This document shows, one piece after another, positions 35,457 through 45,440 of a DNA stretch of 64,000 bases. The notes under the pieces are model-generated. The model worked only from the letters and a program-made list of their open reading frames with translations, did not search any database and was not told the origin of the DNA. The DNA comes from Phycisphaerae bacterium (GTDB taxonomy: Bacteria; Planctomycetota; Phycisphaerae; Sedimentisphaerales; Anaerobacaceae). A program made the translations under genes and the position numbers. The stretch lies in NCBI GenBank assembly GCA_012744475.1, contig JAAYBV010000065.1:46187-110186 (forward strand). Direction: 5' to 3'. The first letter of the stretch is position 1. Each line of letters begins with the position of its first letter.

Positions 35457-38336
35457 ATGATCGGCAAGCACGGCAAATCAATCGACTGGAACACAATCGC
35501 CATCATCCTGACACTGTACGCGGCGGTCGCCCTTTTCCAGACGGACACGACGGACGCCCGGGAGGCACGGTCGCTGGCCGGAACGTGGCGGTTCCGTGCA
35601 GATTTCGACAACGAAGGCCTGACCGAGCGATGCTTTGAGCAGGTGCCCTCGCAGAAGATCGATCTGCCCGGGTCAATGCGGGAGAACGGCTACGGCAACG
35701 AAGTGACCGTCGAGACGGCGTGGACCGGCCAGATCGTGGACCAGTCCTGGTTCACAGCCGAAAAGTATGAGCCTTACCGCCAGCCGGGCAACATCAAAGT
35801 GCCCTTCTGGCTGACTCCAGTCAAACACTATGTTGGACCCGCCTGGTACCAGAAGGAAATCCACATCCCCGGCAAGTGGAACGCCAAACGGATCGTGCTG
35901 TTCCTCGAACGATGTCACTGGGAGACTCAGGTCTGGGTCGACGGCCAGTCGGTCGGCTCGAACAACGGCCTCAGCGTGCCCCACGAATATGATCTCGGCG
36001 TGCTCGGCAAGGGCCGGCACACCCTGACGATCTGCGTGGACAACACGGTCAAGATCGGCGTCGGTGTCAACGCGCACAGCGTCTCCGACCACACGCAGAC
36101 CAACTGGAACGGCATCATCGGCGACATCGAACTGCGAGCGTATGACGATGTTCAAATTGCCGACGTGCAGGTCTATCCGGACATCGAGCACCGGGACGCC
36201 AAGGTTCGCGTCACCATCGCCAGCCATAGCGGCCAGAGGAGCGCGGGGACGCTGACGCTTCAGGCAACGAGCTTCAATTCGGGCCGAAGGCACAAGGTGG
36301 CCGAGAGGTCCGAGCTGTTTGCGATGGAGGACGCGAATCAGATCGTGGAGGTCGATTATGCGATGGGCGACGACGTGCGGCCGTGGGACGAGTTCTCGCC
36401 GAACCTGTATCGCCTGAGGGTGTCGATCCAGGGGAAGGATTTCGCAGACGAACGGACAGTCGTCTTCGGCATGCGGGAATTCGCCGCGCAGGGGACGCAG
36501 TTCACGCTCAACGGGCGCAAGACCTTCCTTCGCGGCACGCTCGAATGCTGCATCTTCCCGCTGACCGGCTATCCGCCGACGGACGTAGGAGCATGGCGCA
36601 AGGTCCTCGCCGCCGCCAAGGCCCATGGCCTCAACCATCTGCGTTTTCATTCGTGGTGTCCGCCGGAAGCAGCGTTCCTCGCGGCCGATGAGATGGGTGT
36701 GATGTACCACATCGAGTGCGCCGCCTGGACCAACAGCGGACCGACGATCGGGGATGGCGCACCCATTGACGAGTGGATCTACGCCGAGTCGGACCGCATC
36801 CTGAAGACCTACGGCAATCATCCGTCGTTCTGCATGCTCGCCTATGGCAACGAACCGGCGGGCGACCGCCAGAAGGAATACCTCGGAAAGCTCGTGGAGC
36901 ATTGGAAGGGCAAGGACCCGCGGCGCGTCTACACCAGCGGCGCGGGCTGGCCGATCATCCCACAGAACGACTACCATTCAACGCCCGGCCCCCGAGGCCA
37001 CCAGTGGGGCGCCGGCCTGGCGAGCCGCTTCAACGCCGAGGACCTGACCACCGACCTCGACTACGCCGATTTCGTCAAGGACTACCCGGTCCCCATCATT
37101 TCTCACGAAATTGGACAGTGGTGCGTCTATCCCAACTTCGACGAGATCAAGAAGTACAAGGGCGTGCTGAGGGCGAAGAACTTCGAGATCTTCCGCGATT
37201 CGCTCGACGCACACGGCATGCTTGACCAGGCCCGCGACTTTCTGATCGCGTCGGGCAAACTCCAGACCATCCTGTACAAGGAGGAGATCGAGGCCGCTCT
37301 GCGAACGCCCGGCTTCGGCGGATTCCAGTTGCTCGACCTGCACGATTTCCCCGGACAGGGCACGGCGCTGGTCGGCGTGCTCGATCCGTTCTGGGAGTGC
37401 AAGGGCTATGTCAAACCTGAGGAATACCGTCGCTTCTGCAGCGAGACCGTGCCATTGCTGAGGATGCCCAAGTGCGTATGGACCAGCCACGAAACGTTCG
37501 AGGGGCAGGTCCAGATCGCCCACTTCGGACCAGCGCCGATCAAGGACGCGGTTGTGCGTTGGCAGGTGCGGTGTGCAGACGGGCGCCCCATGGTTTCGGG
37601 CCGGTTTCCTGTCCAGGATATTCTCCTCGGCAACGACAATCGCGTCGGCGCGATCGAGCTCGATCTGTCGCAGGCTCAGGCGCCGGCGAAGCTGGTCATC
37701 GCGGTGGACATCGAGGGAACCGGCTACGGCAACTCGTGGGACATATGGGTCTACCCCGGCCGCGTCGATCCACCGGCCGCCCGGAACGTCCTGATCGTGG
37801 AGCACTTGGACGTCAATGCCTTGCGTGCCCTGCGGGAAGGGCGAAACGTGCTGCTGATGCCGAATCCGGAAAACGTCGCGAGCGATGTGCCCGCAGGATT
37901 CACGACGATCTTCTGGAACACGCAATGGACCAACGGCCAGCCCCCGCATACGCTGGGCGTTCTTTGCGATCCAGAACACCCGGCGCTGTCAGGCTTTCCG
38001 ACGGAATTCCACAGCAACTGGCAATGGCAGGACCTCATCCGGAACTCGAAGGCGATGGTGCTCGACGCGTTCAGCGCAGAGCTGGAGCCGATCGTCCAGG
38101 TGATCGACGACTGGAATCGCAACCGCAAGCTGGGCCTGGTCTTTGAAGGAGCCGTCGGAGACGGCAAGCTGCTGGTCTGCAGCATCGACTTGCGGACCGA
38201 TCTCGAGAAACGTCCGGCGGCTCGCCAAATGTTACGCAGCCTGCTGAGCTACATGGACAGTGCGGCCTTCCAGCCGGAATTGACGCTCCAGGTCGAGACG
38301 CTCGACGGGCTGCTCAAGAAGCAGTCCTGGCAGTAG
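35457..38336 (+). CDS. Secreted glycoside hydrolase family 2 protein
   Basis: Sugar-binding N-domain (LFLERCHWET), RFHSWCPP, YGNEP acid/base, SHEIG nucleophile. Confidence 0.85.
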   Translation: MIGKHGKSIDWNTIAIILTLYAAVALFQTDTTDAREARSLAGTWRFRADFDNEGLTERCFEQVPSQKIDLPGSMRENGYGNEVTVETAWTGQIVDQSWFTAEKYEPYRQPGNIKVPFWLTPVKHYVGPAWYQKEIHIPGKWNAKRIVLFLERCHWETQVWVDGQSVGSNNGLSVPHEYDLGVLGKGRHTLTICVDNTVKIGVGVNAHSVSDHTQTNWNGIIGDIELRAYDDVQIADVQVYPDIEHRDAKVRVTIASHSGQRSAGTLTLQATSFNSGRRHKVAERSELFAMEDANQIVEVDYAMGDDVRPWDEFSPNLYRLRVSIQGKDFADERTVVFGMREFAAQGTQFTLNGRKTFLRGTLECCIFPLTGYPPTDVGAWRKVLAAAKAHGLNHLRFHSWCPPEAAFLAADEMGVMYHIECAAWTNSGPTIGDGAPIDEWIYAESDRILKTYGNHPSFCMLAYGNEPAGDRQKEYLGKLVEHWKGKDPRRVYTSGAGWPIIPQNDYHSTPGPRGHQWGAGLASRFNAEDLTTDLDYADFVKDYPVPIISHEIGQWCVYPNFDEIKKYKGVLRAKNFEIFRDSLDAHGMLDQARDFLIASGKLQTILYKEEIEAALRTPGFGGFQLLDLHDFPGQGTALVGVLDPFWECKGYVKPEEYRRFCSETVPLLRMPKCVWTSHETFEGQVQIAHFGPAPIKDAVVRWQVRCADGRPMVSGRFPVQDILLGNDNRVGAIELDLSQAQAPAKLVIAVDIEGTGYGNSWDIWVYPGRVDPPAARNVLIVEHLDVNALRALREGRNVLLMPNPENVASDVPAGFTTIFWNTQWTNGQPPHTLGVLCDPEHPALSGFPTEFHSNWQWQDLIRNSKAMVLDAFSAELEPIVQVIDDWNRNRKLGLVFEGAVGDGKLLVCSIDLRTDLEKRPAARQMLRSLLSYMDSAAFQPELTLQVETLDGLLKKQSWQ

Positions 38337-38464
38337 AAACCCGGCCGACAACCGAAGCTGATCGTGGAACCTGACTTTCTCAGGGGCAAAGGGCAGACAA
38401 GACGCCGGCTTGGCAGTAGAATAGGGCCTTCACTGAAAATGGACCGACAAACAGGACAGGGAAC

Positions 38465-39736
38465 ATGACGAAACAATCTGGAACCAGAAAGTCACGTGCG
38501 ATATGCAGCTTCTGCGGACGGGCGGGCAGCCAGACCGACACCCTCATCGAAGGCCCGGACAATGTGTTCATCTGCCCCGAATGCGTGGAGCTGTGCCACA
38601 ACATCATCAAGCAGAACCGCCGCCAGGGGACCGTCCCGCGACGGAGGACGAAAGAAACGCCCAAGCCCAGAGAGATCAAAGAGTATCTCGACCAGTACGT
38701 GATCGGCCAGGACAACGCCAAGAGATACCTGTCGGTGGCCGTCCACAATCACTACAAGCGGCTCCTGCACAGCGACATCGGCGACAGCGACGTCGAGATC
38801 GACAAATCCAACGTCCTGCTGATCGGCCCGACCGGCTGCGGCAAGACGCTGCTGGCCCGGACGTTGGCCAAGAAGCTCGAAGTACCCTTCGCGATCTGCG
38901 ACGCCACGACCGTTACGGAAGCCGGATATGTCGGCGAGGACGTCGAGAACTTCCTGCTCAGGCTGCTCCAGGCGGCGGACTTCGATATCGAGGAGGCCCA
39001 GCGCGGCATCGTCTACATCGACGAAATCGACAAGATCGGCAAGACCTATCAGAACGTCTCGATCACGCGCGACGTCTCGGGCGAGGGGGTCCAGCAGGCC
39101 CTTCTGAAGATGCTCGAAGGAACCACCGCGAACATTCCGCCCCAGGGCGGCCGCAAACATCCCGAGCAGTCGTACATCCAGATGGACACGACGGAGATCC
39201 TCTTCATCTGCGGCGGGACCTTCGTCGGCCTGGAAAACATCATCAAGAAACGGCTCGGCCGCAAGATGATTGGCTTCGGCTCCGAGCTGTCGGGCAAGTC
39301 CGATGAAAAGGCCGATCTGAGCAGCGTGCTACAGCAGGTGATCCCCGAGGACGTCATCGAGTTCGGGATGATCCCGGAGATGGTCGGACGTCTGCCGGTG
39401 ATCGCGACGCTGGACGCCCTCGACGAGGAGGCCCTCATCGATATCCTCACCCGGCCCAAGAACGCCCTGGTTCGGCAGTACAAGCGGTTCTTCGAGATGG
39501 AGGACGCCGAGCTGGAGTTCACCGAAGACGGCCTCCAGGCCCTGGCCCAAAAGGCCCTCAAACGCGACACCGGCGCCCGAGCCTTGCGGTCGATTGCCGA
39601 GGAGATGATGGTGGACCTGATGTATCAACTGCCCGAGGAGCCCAAGCCGGCCCGATACGTGATCACGCGGGACATCGTCGAAGGCAAGGCCCCCCTCGTG
39701 GCGGCAAAGCAGCAGGTCCGCAAGGAATCCGCCTGA
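38465..39736 (+). CDS. clpX: ATP-dependent Clp protease ATP-binding subunit ClpX
   Basis: C4 zinc finger, [25 protein letters not shown] loop. Confidence 0.97.
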   Translation: MTKQSGTRKSRAICSFCGRAGSQTDTLIEGPDNVFICPECVELCHNIIKQNRRQGTVPRRRTKETPKPREIKEYLDQYVIGQDNAKRYLSVAVHNHYKRLLHSDIGDSDVEIDKSNVLLIGPTGCGKTLLARTLAKKLEVPFAICDATTVTEAGYVGEDVENFLLRLLQAADFDIEEAQRGIVYIDEIDKIGKTYQNVSITRDVSGEGVQQALLKMLEGTTANIPPQGGRKHPEQSYIQMDTTEILFICGGTFVGLENIIKKRLGRKMIGFGSELSGKSDEKADLSSVLQQVIPEDVIEFGMIPEMVGRLPVIATLDALDEEALIDILTRPKNALVRQYKRFFEMEDAELEFTEDGLQALAQKALKRDTGARALRSIAEEMMVDLMYQLPEEPKPARYVITRDIVEGKAPLVAAKQQVRKESA

Positions 39737-39777
39737 CGCAGGACTGGCCTGCTTCTCAGGCCGAACGATGCATTCCG

Positions 39778-39809
39778 AGAGATGGCAGCAATGCCATCTC
39801 TTTGCTTTT
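39778..39809. terminator. Hairpin terminator between convergent clpX and L,D-transpeptidase genes
   Basis: Perfect stem AGAGATGGCA-GCAA-TGCCATCTCT followed by a T-rich tract. Confidence 0.7.
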
Positions 39810-39841
39810 GCATGCGGACGGCGGCTCGCTGGACGAACGGG

Positions 39842-40993
39842 CTAATCCAGAACCTCGACCTTGGAGTAGAGCGGGAAGAGCATGTTGTAGACGAGGATCG
39901 CCTCTCCGTTGAACATGCGGATGCATCCCCGGGAGCCGGCAGTGCCGATCTGCTCCGGCTCCTTGGTGCCGTGGATGGCGAATCCGGTGCGTCCCTTGGC
40001 CTCGCCGTCGATGCCGTCCAGGGCGATCCACCGCGAACCTAACGGATAGTCGGGATCGGTGGACTTGTATACCCGTTGCGTGTCCGGATCAGTCCAGGTC
40101 GGCGCGATGAGCTTGCCGCCCTCCTGTACGCGCCACAGGCCGGTGGGCGTTTCGTAGCCGGTCCGGCCCAGGCCCACCTTGAAGCTGCGAACGTACATGT
40201 CCTGCAAGTACAGATCGAGAGTGAACGTGGAACGATACACCTTGGCGTGAAACGGTCCCTTGATGACCTTGATCGTCTTGCCTGCCTGAAGACTCTGCGG
40301 GCGGGAGATGTTGTTGATCTGCATCAGCATCTCGTAGGGAACCTTGTTCCGCCGTCCGATGACCTCCAGAAGATCGCCGGGTTGGACCGTATAGCTGTCA
40401 CAAAGGGGGTCGCCGGCAAAAGCGGCCGGACCGAACAGCCACTCCTTCGAGAGCTTCGCCATCTCGTCTTTCACCGCCAGACGCTGGTTCGGCGGCATCG
40501 GCAGGGAAAGCGCCTCGTTGAGCTTGTTCCGGGCGGCAATAACCTGCCTTGGATGGGAATTCAGCATCGACATCGCTTCCGCTACCACAGCCGTTACCTT
40601 CTCGTCGGCCGGGGGTGCGGCAGGCATCGGCAGATCGGTCGCAACCGGTTCAGGCTGAACGACCTCCTGGGGCGCCGATTCTTGCCTCTGGGGCTCGGCA
40701 GGCGCGGACTCCGGCGTGTTGGCGGCAGGCGCCGGCGTGGGCGCCGGACGCGCCGCAGCCGCAGAAGCCCCACCAGCGCCGACAGCCGCCAGCGTTGGAG
40801 CCGAGCGAGCCGGCTCCGACGTCGCACCGGCAGGGTTCGTCACCTCTCCTGCGCCCGTCTCCTGGGGAGCCGATGAGTTGCCTCGAAACATCAGGAATAC
40901 CACAATCGCGAACACCGCCACCGCCGCGATGAGGTAGAGGGTGTTGTTTCTTTGTCCGCGCTTCCGCCTTGGACTGGAGAACCAGCGAGCCAT
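39842..40993 (-). CDS. LysM-domain L,D-transpeptidase (YkuD family), membrane anchored
   Basis: N-terminal TM, Pro/Ala linker, LysM YTVQPGDLL, AIHGT...GSRGCIRM; AAGGAG RBS. Confidence 0.88.
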   Translation of the reverse strand: MARWFSSPRRKRGQRNNTLYLIAAVAVFAIVVFLMFRGNSSAPQETGAGEVTNPAGATSEPARSAPTLAAVGAGGASAAAARPAPTPAPAANTPESAPAEPQRQESAPQEVVQPEPVATDLPMPAAPPADEKVTAVVAEAMSMLNSHPRQVIAARNKLNEALSLPMPPNQRLAVKDEMAKLSKEWLFGPAAFAGDPLCDSYTVQPGDLLEVIGRRNKVPYEMLMQINNISRPQSLQAGKTIKVIKGPFHAKVYRSTFTLDLYLQDMYVRSFKVGLGRTGYETPTGLWRVQEGGKLIAPTWTDPDTQRVYKSTDPDYPLGSRWIALDGIDGEAKGRTGFAIHGTKEPEQIGTAGSRGCIRMFNGEAILVYNMLFPLYSKVEVLD

Positions 40994-40994
40994 C

Positions 40995-41576
40995 CTAAGC
41001 TCCTTTCTGTTGGTCGCAACCAATTATTCCCTCGTCCGTCACCAGGAAATCGACGGGCTCGTCGGTCTCGGTAACGGGAATGGAATCCACCACCTGTTCG
41101 ATAAAGGCAAAGCCGCAACGTGCGGCAGTCAGTTTCTCGTTGGCAAAGAACCGGTCGTAGAATGCCGCCCCGCGCCCCAGGCGATTGCCCCGGCGGTCAT
41201 AGCCCAGCGCCGGCGAAACCACCAGGTCGATCTGGTCAAAAGGAATCGGCACACCGTCCACAGGGTTTCGCAAACCCAATGCCCCCGTCGAGAACCCGGT
41301 CTCCAGCGAGCAGATGCCCACCGGAATCATGTGCCGCTGTTGCCAGGAAATCTTGGGCACCGCCACCGTCTTTCCAAGCTGCCAGGCATGGAGTATCGCC
41401 TCGGAGGTATCCACCTCGTGGGGCAGCGACAGAAACATCATGATGGTCGAGGCCTGCTGAAATCGCTCCGTGGCGATCAGGTTTCGACAGGCCCTCCTGC
41501 TCTTGTCCTGACGCTGTTGATCCGGTATGGCGAGCAGGCGGTTCTGCAACTGGCGGCGCAGCTCAACCTTGTCCAT
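40995..41576 (-). CDS. ygfA: 5-formyltetrahydrofolate cyclo-ligase
   Basis: MDKVELRRQL, DLVVSPALGYDRRGNRLGRGAAFYDR. Confidence 0.92.
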   Translation of the reverse strand: MDKVELRRQLQNRLLAIPDQQRQDKSRRACRNLIATERFQQASTIMMFLSLPHEVDTSEAILHAWQLGKTVAVPKISWQQRHMIPVGICSLETGFSTGALGLRNPVDGVPIPFDQIDLVVSPALGYDRRGNRLGRGAAFYDRFFANEKLTAARCGFAFIEQVVDSIPVTETDEPVDFLVTDEGIIGCDQQKGA

Positions 41577-42969
41577 CCCTCGGCCCCTGATCCTCGTGCG
41601 ATTCTGCACGCTCGACCGTTCTGCTACTATCTATCAACCTTCGCAATTCCTGTAAACAACGGCCTATCGTTTTTTCGTATCCCGCGTTCTTCGGTGCGTA
41701 GTACTGTTTGGGCAAGCCGGAAAGGTACTGCTGCACCACGAAACCGTCGGGATAGTCGTGCGGGTACTTGTATTCTGCTCCAATGCCGGCCTTCTTCGCC
41801 GCCGCGTAGTGCGAATCCTTCAGGTGGCGTGGCACCGGCCGCGTCGGCTCGGTCTTCACGTCGCTCATCGCCTGCCAGATCGCCGAGGCGCCGGCGTTCG
41901 ACTTCGGCGCGCAGGCGATGTAAATGGCTGCCTGGGCCAGGACCAACTGGGCCTCCGGCAGGCCGACAAACTCGGAAATCTGCACCGCCGCACCGGCCAG
42001 AACCGTCGCCATGGGGTCGGCGTTTCCCACGTCCTCGGCCGCACAAACCGCGATTCGTCGAGCGATGAAACGCACATCCTCGCCCCCGGCCAGCATGCGC
42101 GCCAGCCAGTAAACCGTCGCGTCCGGATCCGAGCCACGCATGCTCTTCTGGAAGGCGCTGGCCAGGTCGTAATGCGTATCCCCTGTGTCGTCGTAGAGGA
42201 TGGCCTTCTCCTGGATCGACTCTCTCGCCACTTCCAGGTCGAATCTTATCGGCCCGCCCTCGGCGCCGGCCGCCTGCGAGCGGACGCCGACTTCCAAAGC
42301 GGTGAGAGCCTTCCGCCCGTCGCCGTCGGCCATCTGGGCCAGAAAACGCAACGCCGCCGGGTCCGCCTCGATCGCCAGCGCGCCCAGACCCCGCTCGACA
42401 TCGCACAGAGCCCACTGAAGCAACTGAACGACATCCTCGACGGACAACGGTTCGAAACGAAACACGGTGCTGCGCGAAATCAGCGGCCCGTTGACCGAGA
42501 AGTACGGGTTCTCCGTGGTCGCGCCGATCAGCACGATTACGCCCGATTCGACGTCATCGAGCAGCACGTCCTGCTGGGCGCGATTGAAGCGGTGAATTTC
42601 GTCGACGAAAAGAACCGTTCGACCGGCGCCCGTGGCCAGCCGATCCCGGGCCTCCGCCAGCACGTCGCGGATGTCTTTGACCGTTGCGGCCGGGGCGCTC
42701 AGATAGCGAAACCTGGCGCGCGTGTGGCGCGCGATCACCGCCGCCAGAGACGTCTTGCCCACGCCGGGTGGTCCGTGAAAGATCAGACTGCTGAGTCGGT
42801 CGGCCGCCAGCATGCGCGTCAGGAGTTTGCCCGGCGCAAGAAAATGCCTCTGGCCGACGAACTCCGAGAGGATTCTCGGACGCATCCGCGCCGCCAACGG
42901 CGCGGCGGAATTCACGTTGGCCTTTTCGGAAGAGGCGAACAGGTTTTTATCGGCACTGTCATTACGCAT
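41563..42969 (-). CDS. rarA: Replication-associated recombination protein A (RarA/MgsA)
   Basis: PLAARMRP, GPPGVGKT, LFVDEIHRFNRAQQD, SAFQKSMRGSDPD, YKYPHDY. Confidence 0.96.
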   Translation of the reverse strand: MRNDSADKNLFASSEKANVNSAAPLAARMRPRILSEFVGQRHFLAPGKLLTRMLAADRLSSLIFHGPPGVGKTSLAAVIARHTRARFRYLSAPAATVKDIRDVLAEARDRLATGAGRTVLFVDEIHRFNRAQQDVLLDDVESGVIVLIGATTENPYFSVNGPLISRSTVFRFEPLSVEDVVQLLQWALCDVERGLGALAIEADPAALRFLAQMADGDGRKALTALEVGVRSQAAGAEGGPIRFDLEVARESIQEKAILYDDTGDTHYDLASAFQKSMRGSDPDATVYWLARMLAGGEDVRFIARRIAVCAAEDVGNADPMATVLAGAAVQISEFVGLPEAQLVLAQAAIYIACAPKSNAGASAIWQAMSDVKTEPTRPVPRHLKDSHYAAAKKAGIGAEYKYPHDYPDGFVVQQYLSGLPKQYYAPKNAGYEKTIGRCLQELRRLIDSSRTVERAESHEDQGPRDGQG

Positions 42970-42976
42970 CGTCGTC

Positions 42977-43005
42977 ATTATACGAAGAGCCAATGCGAAT
43001 GTCGA
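42977..43005 (-). promoter_or_regulatory. Sigma70-type promoter of rarA (probably leaderless)
   Basis: Minus strand TCGACA-N17-TATAAT-N7-ATG. Confidence 0.6.
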
Positions 43006-43440
43006 ACAGATTCCTCTTCCGGTCTGTCAACCGCGCAAGATTCGCGTTCTCCTCGCGGGGGAGCTGGGGGACATGCACAGACTCTCGAAACTGTGACCGT
43101 CGCTGTTTCACAAACTGCGCGTCACTCCTTGCGTGGTCCGGTACGCGCTTCAGCTCCGCTGGCGATCGTAAAGCAATGTCACGGAGTCCGTCGCAGGAGG
43201 AAGACGGCGTCATTCAAAACAGGAATTTCAAGAGCACTTTTCTTAGGTATCCAAAGCATCCATGCTTCCCATGTAACCACACAACCCTCTCGCAAGAACC
43301 GCCAAGACTTCACGCCGCCGGGACACGTCCGCTCGGCGAGGGAAAGAAACCCGGCCCGACAAGACCATAAGCTGTTTCGATCTCGAATTTTGCTGCAATC
43401 CTGCACGTCACAACCTGCGACACAACGTCAGGAAAAGGGG

Positions 43441-43468
43441 TTGACTCCACGCACGAATCTGTGACAAT
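43441..43468 (+). promoter_or_regulatory. Sigma70-type promoter upstream of the outer-membrane protein gene
   Basis: TTGACT-N16-GACAAT with extended TG. Confidence 0.5.
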
Positions 43469-43724
43469 GGAAAGCGCATCGACGACTTCGTGCGGCAAAA
43501 AAAGTCGGGGGGCGATGGTTTTTTTTATTTGATTTTCAGCGATCTGCCGATAAACTTCTACGGGTACCGACGGATACGGTACGGAGTCTGTAGGCAGGAG
43601 ATGTGTTGAGATGAGAGTGAGAGACAGGCCAATGAACACCGGGCTTGATTGTTCTTTTTGTCGTGTGGTTGTAGTTGGCTGACCAGAAAGCCAGTGTGAG
43701 TGCAGTTTTTGAAAGGGAAGTATC

Positions 43725-44258
43725 ATGAAGCGTTGGTTGATTCTGTTTGTGGTAGGTTGTTTGGCTCTCGCAGGTGCGGCAAATGCCGCCGTGCAGCAAG
43801 GGGACACGGAACTCGATGCGCTCGGCGCCTGGATGACCCAGAACGGGGAAGATGACTATCCCGATACCGACGTCCTGTTCCTGTCGGTGGGCGTCGGCTA
43901 CTTCGTGACGGACAATGTTCAGGTTCAAGGCGCGGCGTTGGGCGCGTGGACTGAGTTCGCCAACGAAGACACGGACATCTGGGCGATCGGTGGCCGCGTC
44001 AAGTACCACTTCATGCCGACGAATCAGTGGGTGCCGTACGTCGGCGCTCAGGTCATGTGGGCGAATGCTGACAGTGACGCTTACGACGAAGACGTCGACG
44101 GCGTTCTGTGGGGTCCGGTGGCAGGTCTGCGGTATGAGTTGAACGCCTACAATGATTTCTTCGTCGAGTATCAGTACCACATGTGGAGTGGTGACATCAA
44201 CGACTACATGGACGATGGGCATGCCTTTTTCGTCGGTCTGATCCATCAGTTCAAGTAG
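43725..44258 (+). CDS. Outer membrane beta-barrel protein (OmpA/OmpW-like, about 8 strands)
   Basis: Signal peptide; alternating aromatic beta strands (GVGYFVTDN, VKYHFMP, GLRYEL); ends IHQFK. Confidence 0.8.
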   Translation: MKRWLILFVVGCLALAGAANAAVQQGDTELDALGAWMTQNGEDDYPDTDVLFLSVGVGYFVTDNVQVQGAALGAWTEFANEDTDIWAIGGRVKYHFMPTNQWVPYVGAQVMWANADSDAYDEDVDGVLWGPVAGLRYELNAYNDFFVEYQYHMWSGDINDYMDDGHAFFVGLIHQFK

Positions 44259-44310
44259 GATCGGAGGACGGAGAACCGAACTATCGGCATCTCTCGAATT
44301 CTGAATGCAG

Positions 44311-44344
44311 AGCTGCGAGTCCCTGAGACTCGCAGCTTTTTTTT
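44311..44344 (+). terminator. Intrinsic terminator
   Basis: AGCTGCGAGTC-CCTGA-GACTCGCAGCT followed by a T-run. Confidence 0.85.
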
Positions 44345-44402
44345 GCGCACGGGACGATACGTCACAGGACCGGAACACTCTGCGAGGCATCGCAACAACG
44401 GC

Positions 44403-44431
44403 TTGACGACGGAAGCAGCGCGTTGTAGACT
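44403..44431 (+). promoter_or_regulatory. Sigma70-type promoter
   Basis: TTGACG-N17-TAGACT. Confidence 0.55.
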
Positions 44432-44546
44432 GCCCATGCAGCCGTCGAACGTCATGGGTCGGCCGTACATGCGGCTTCGAGGAAGTGCGATCCAACGCTC
44501 GCTGTGCAGATGAACGGACGCTTCTCTTACGGGAAAGGACTCGCCG

Positions 44547-45422
44547 ATGAAGACGGACCTGGACATTCTGTGCGTCGTCCTGTGTCTCATCGCCTGGCCG
44601 GGATCGGCCGCGCGCAGCGCTGCGCCGCTGGGCCCGCCGATTGCCACCTTGGAGGAAGGCCAGTGGACCGTCGGCCTTGAGTACGGCTACGCGGAAACTG
44701 ATCTGAGAGCCCACGGCACATGTCTGACCATGCCCGAAGGCGAAGACGCAGTCTACAGTGCGGAGCGTATCGATATCGGCGGGCTGACGACCCGCATGGT
44801 CTTCGGCAACCTCGCCTACGGCGTCGTGGATACCTGGGATCTCTTCCTCCGAGTCGGCACAACCGATGCGCAGGACCACGTGAACGTGCGCACCGCTCCT
44901 TTCAGCGGCAGCGCACGGCGATTCCATTACGACGGCGGTTACGGTCTGGCCTGCGGGCTCGGCACCCGCGCGACCTTCTGTCACTGGGGTCCCTGGCAAT
45001 TCGGCGGAACCATGCAGGTGACCTGGCTGGACCCGGGCGAGAGCGACCTCGTCTGGTCCGACCCCGAAGCGCCCGCTTCCACGGCGGTTGGCTCCATGGA
45101 CATCGACCTCTGGCAGGCGCAGATAGCCCTGGCGGCCACCTATCAGATCGACACCTTTCGCTTCTGGGCAGGGCCCTTCCTGCAATTCGTGCAGGGAGAC
45201 TTCGATCGTCGAGGAGAGACCTTCACGGACGGACTGAGCACGGGGCATGTCACGTGCTCCAGTGACATCGCGGAGACTTCCCAGGTGGGTATTCACTTTG
45301 GAATGATCTGGGAGGCGTCCAATCGAACGAGCTGTTGGGTGGAAGGTCAGTACACGAGTGACTCGTGGGTGTTCGGCCTCGGCGCCGCCATTCGGCCGGA
45401 GCAGTTCCTGCCCGGCCGGTGA
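44547..45422 (+). CDS. Probable outer membrane beta-barrel protein, hypothetical
   Basis: Signal peptide; amphipathic strands (WTVGLEYGY, WDLFLRVG, CWVEGQY, WVFGLGAAI). Confidence 0.65.
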   Translation: MKTDLDILCVVLCLIAWPGSAARSAAPLGPPIATLEEGQWTVGLEYGYAETDLRAHGTCLTMPEGEDAVYSAERIDIGGLTTRMVFGNLAYGVVDTWDLFLRVGTTDAQDHVNVRTAPFSGSARRFHYDGGYGLACGLGTRATFCHWGPWQFGGTMQVTWLDPGESDLVWSDPEAPASTAVGSMDIDLWQAQIALAATYQIDTFRFWAGPFLQFVQGDFDRRGETFTDGLSTGHVTCSSDIAETSQVGIHFGMIWEASNRTSCWVEGQYTSDSWVFGLGAAIRPEQFLPGR

Positions 45423-45440
45423 TACATCGCTCGCGGAGTC

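Noticed and set aside
38465-39736. clpX without adjacent clpP or tig
   Set aside because: Dispersed clp genes are common; not informative alone
39778-39801. GAGATGGCA resembles the start of a fluoride riboswitch
   Set aside because: It is one arm of a perfect hairpin between convergent genes and the rest of the aptamer is missing
41576-41700. 6S RNA, often found upstream of 5-formyltetrahydrofolate cyclo-ligase
   Set aside because: That space is occupied by the overlapping rarA coding sequence
43093-43113. TGTGA...TCACA, CRP-like site
   Set aside because: Spacer is 11 nt, not 6
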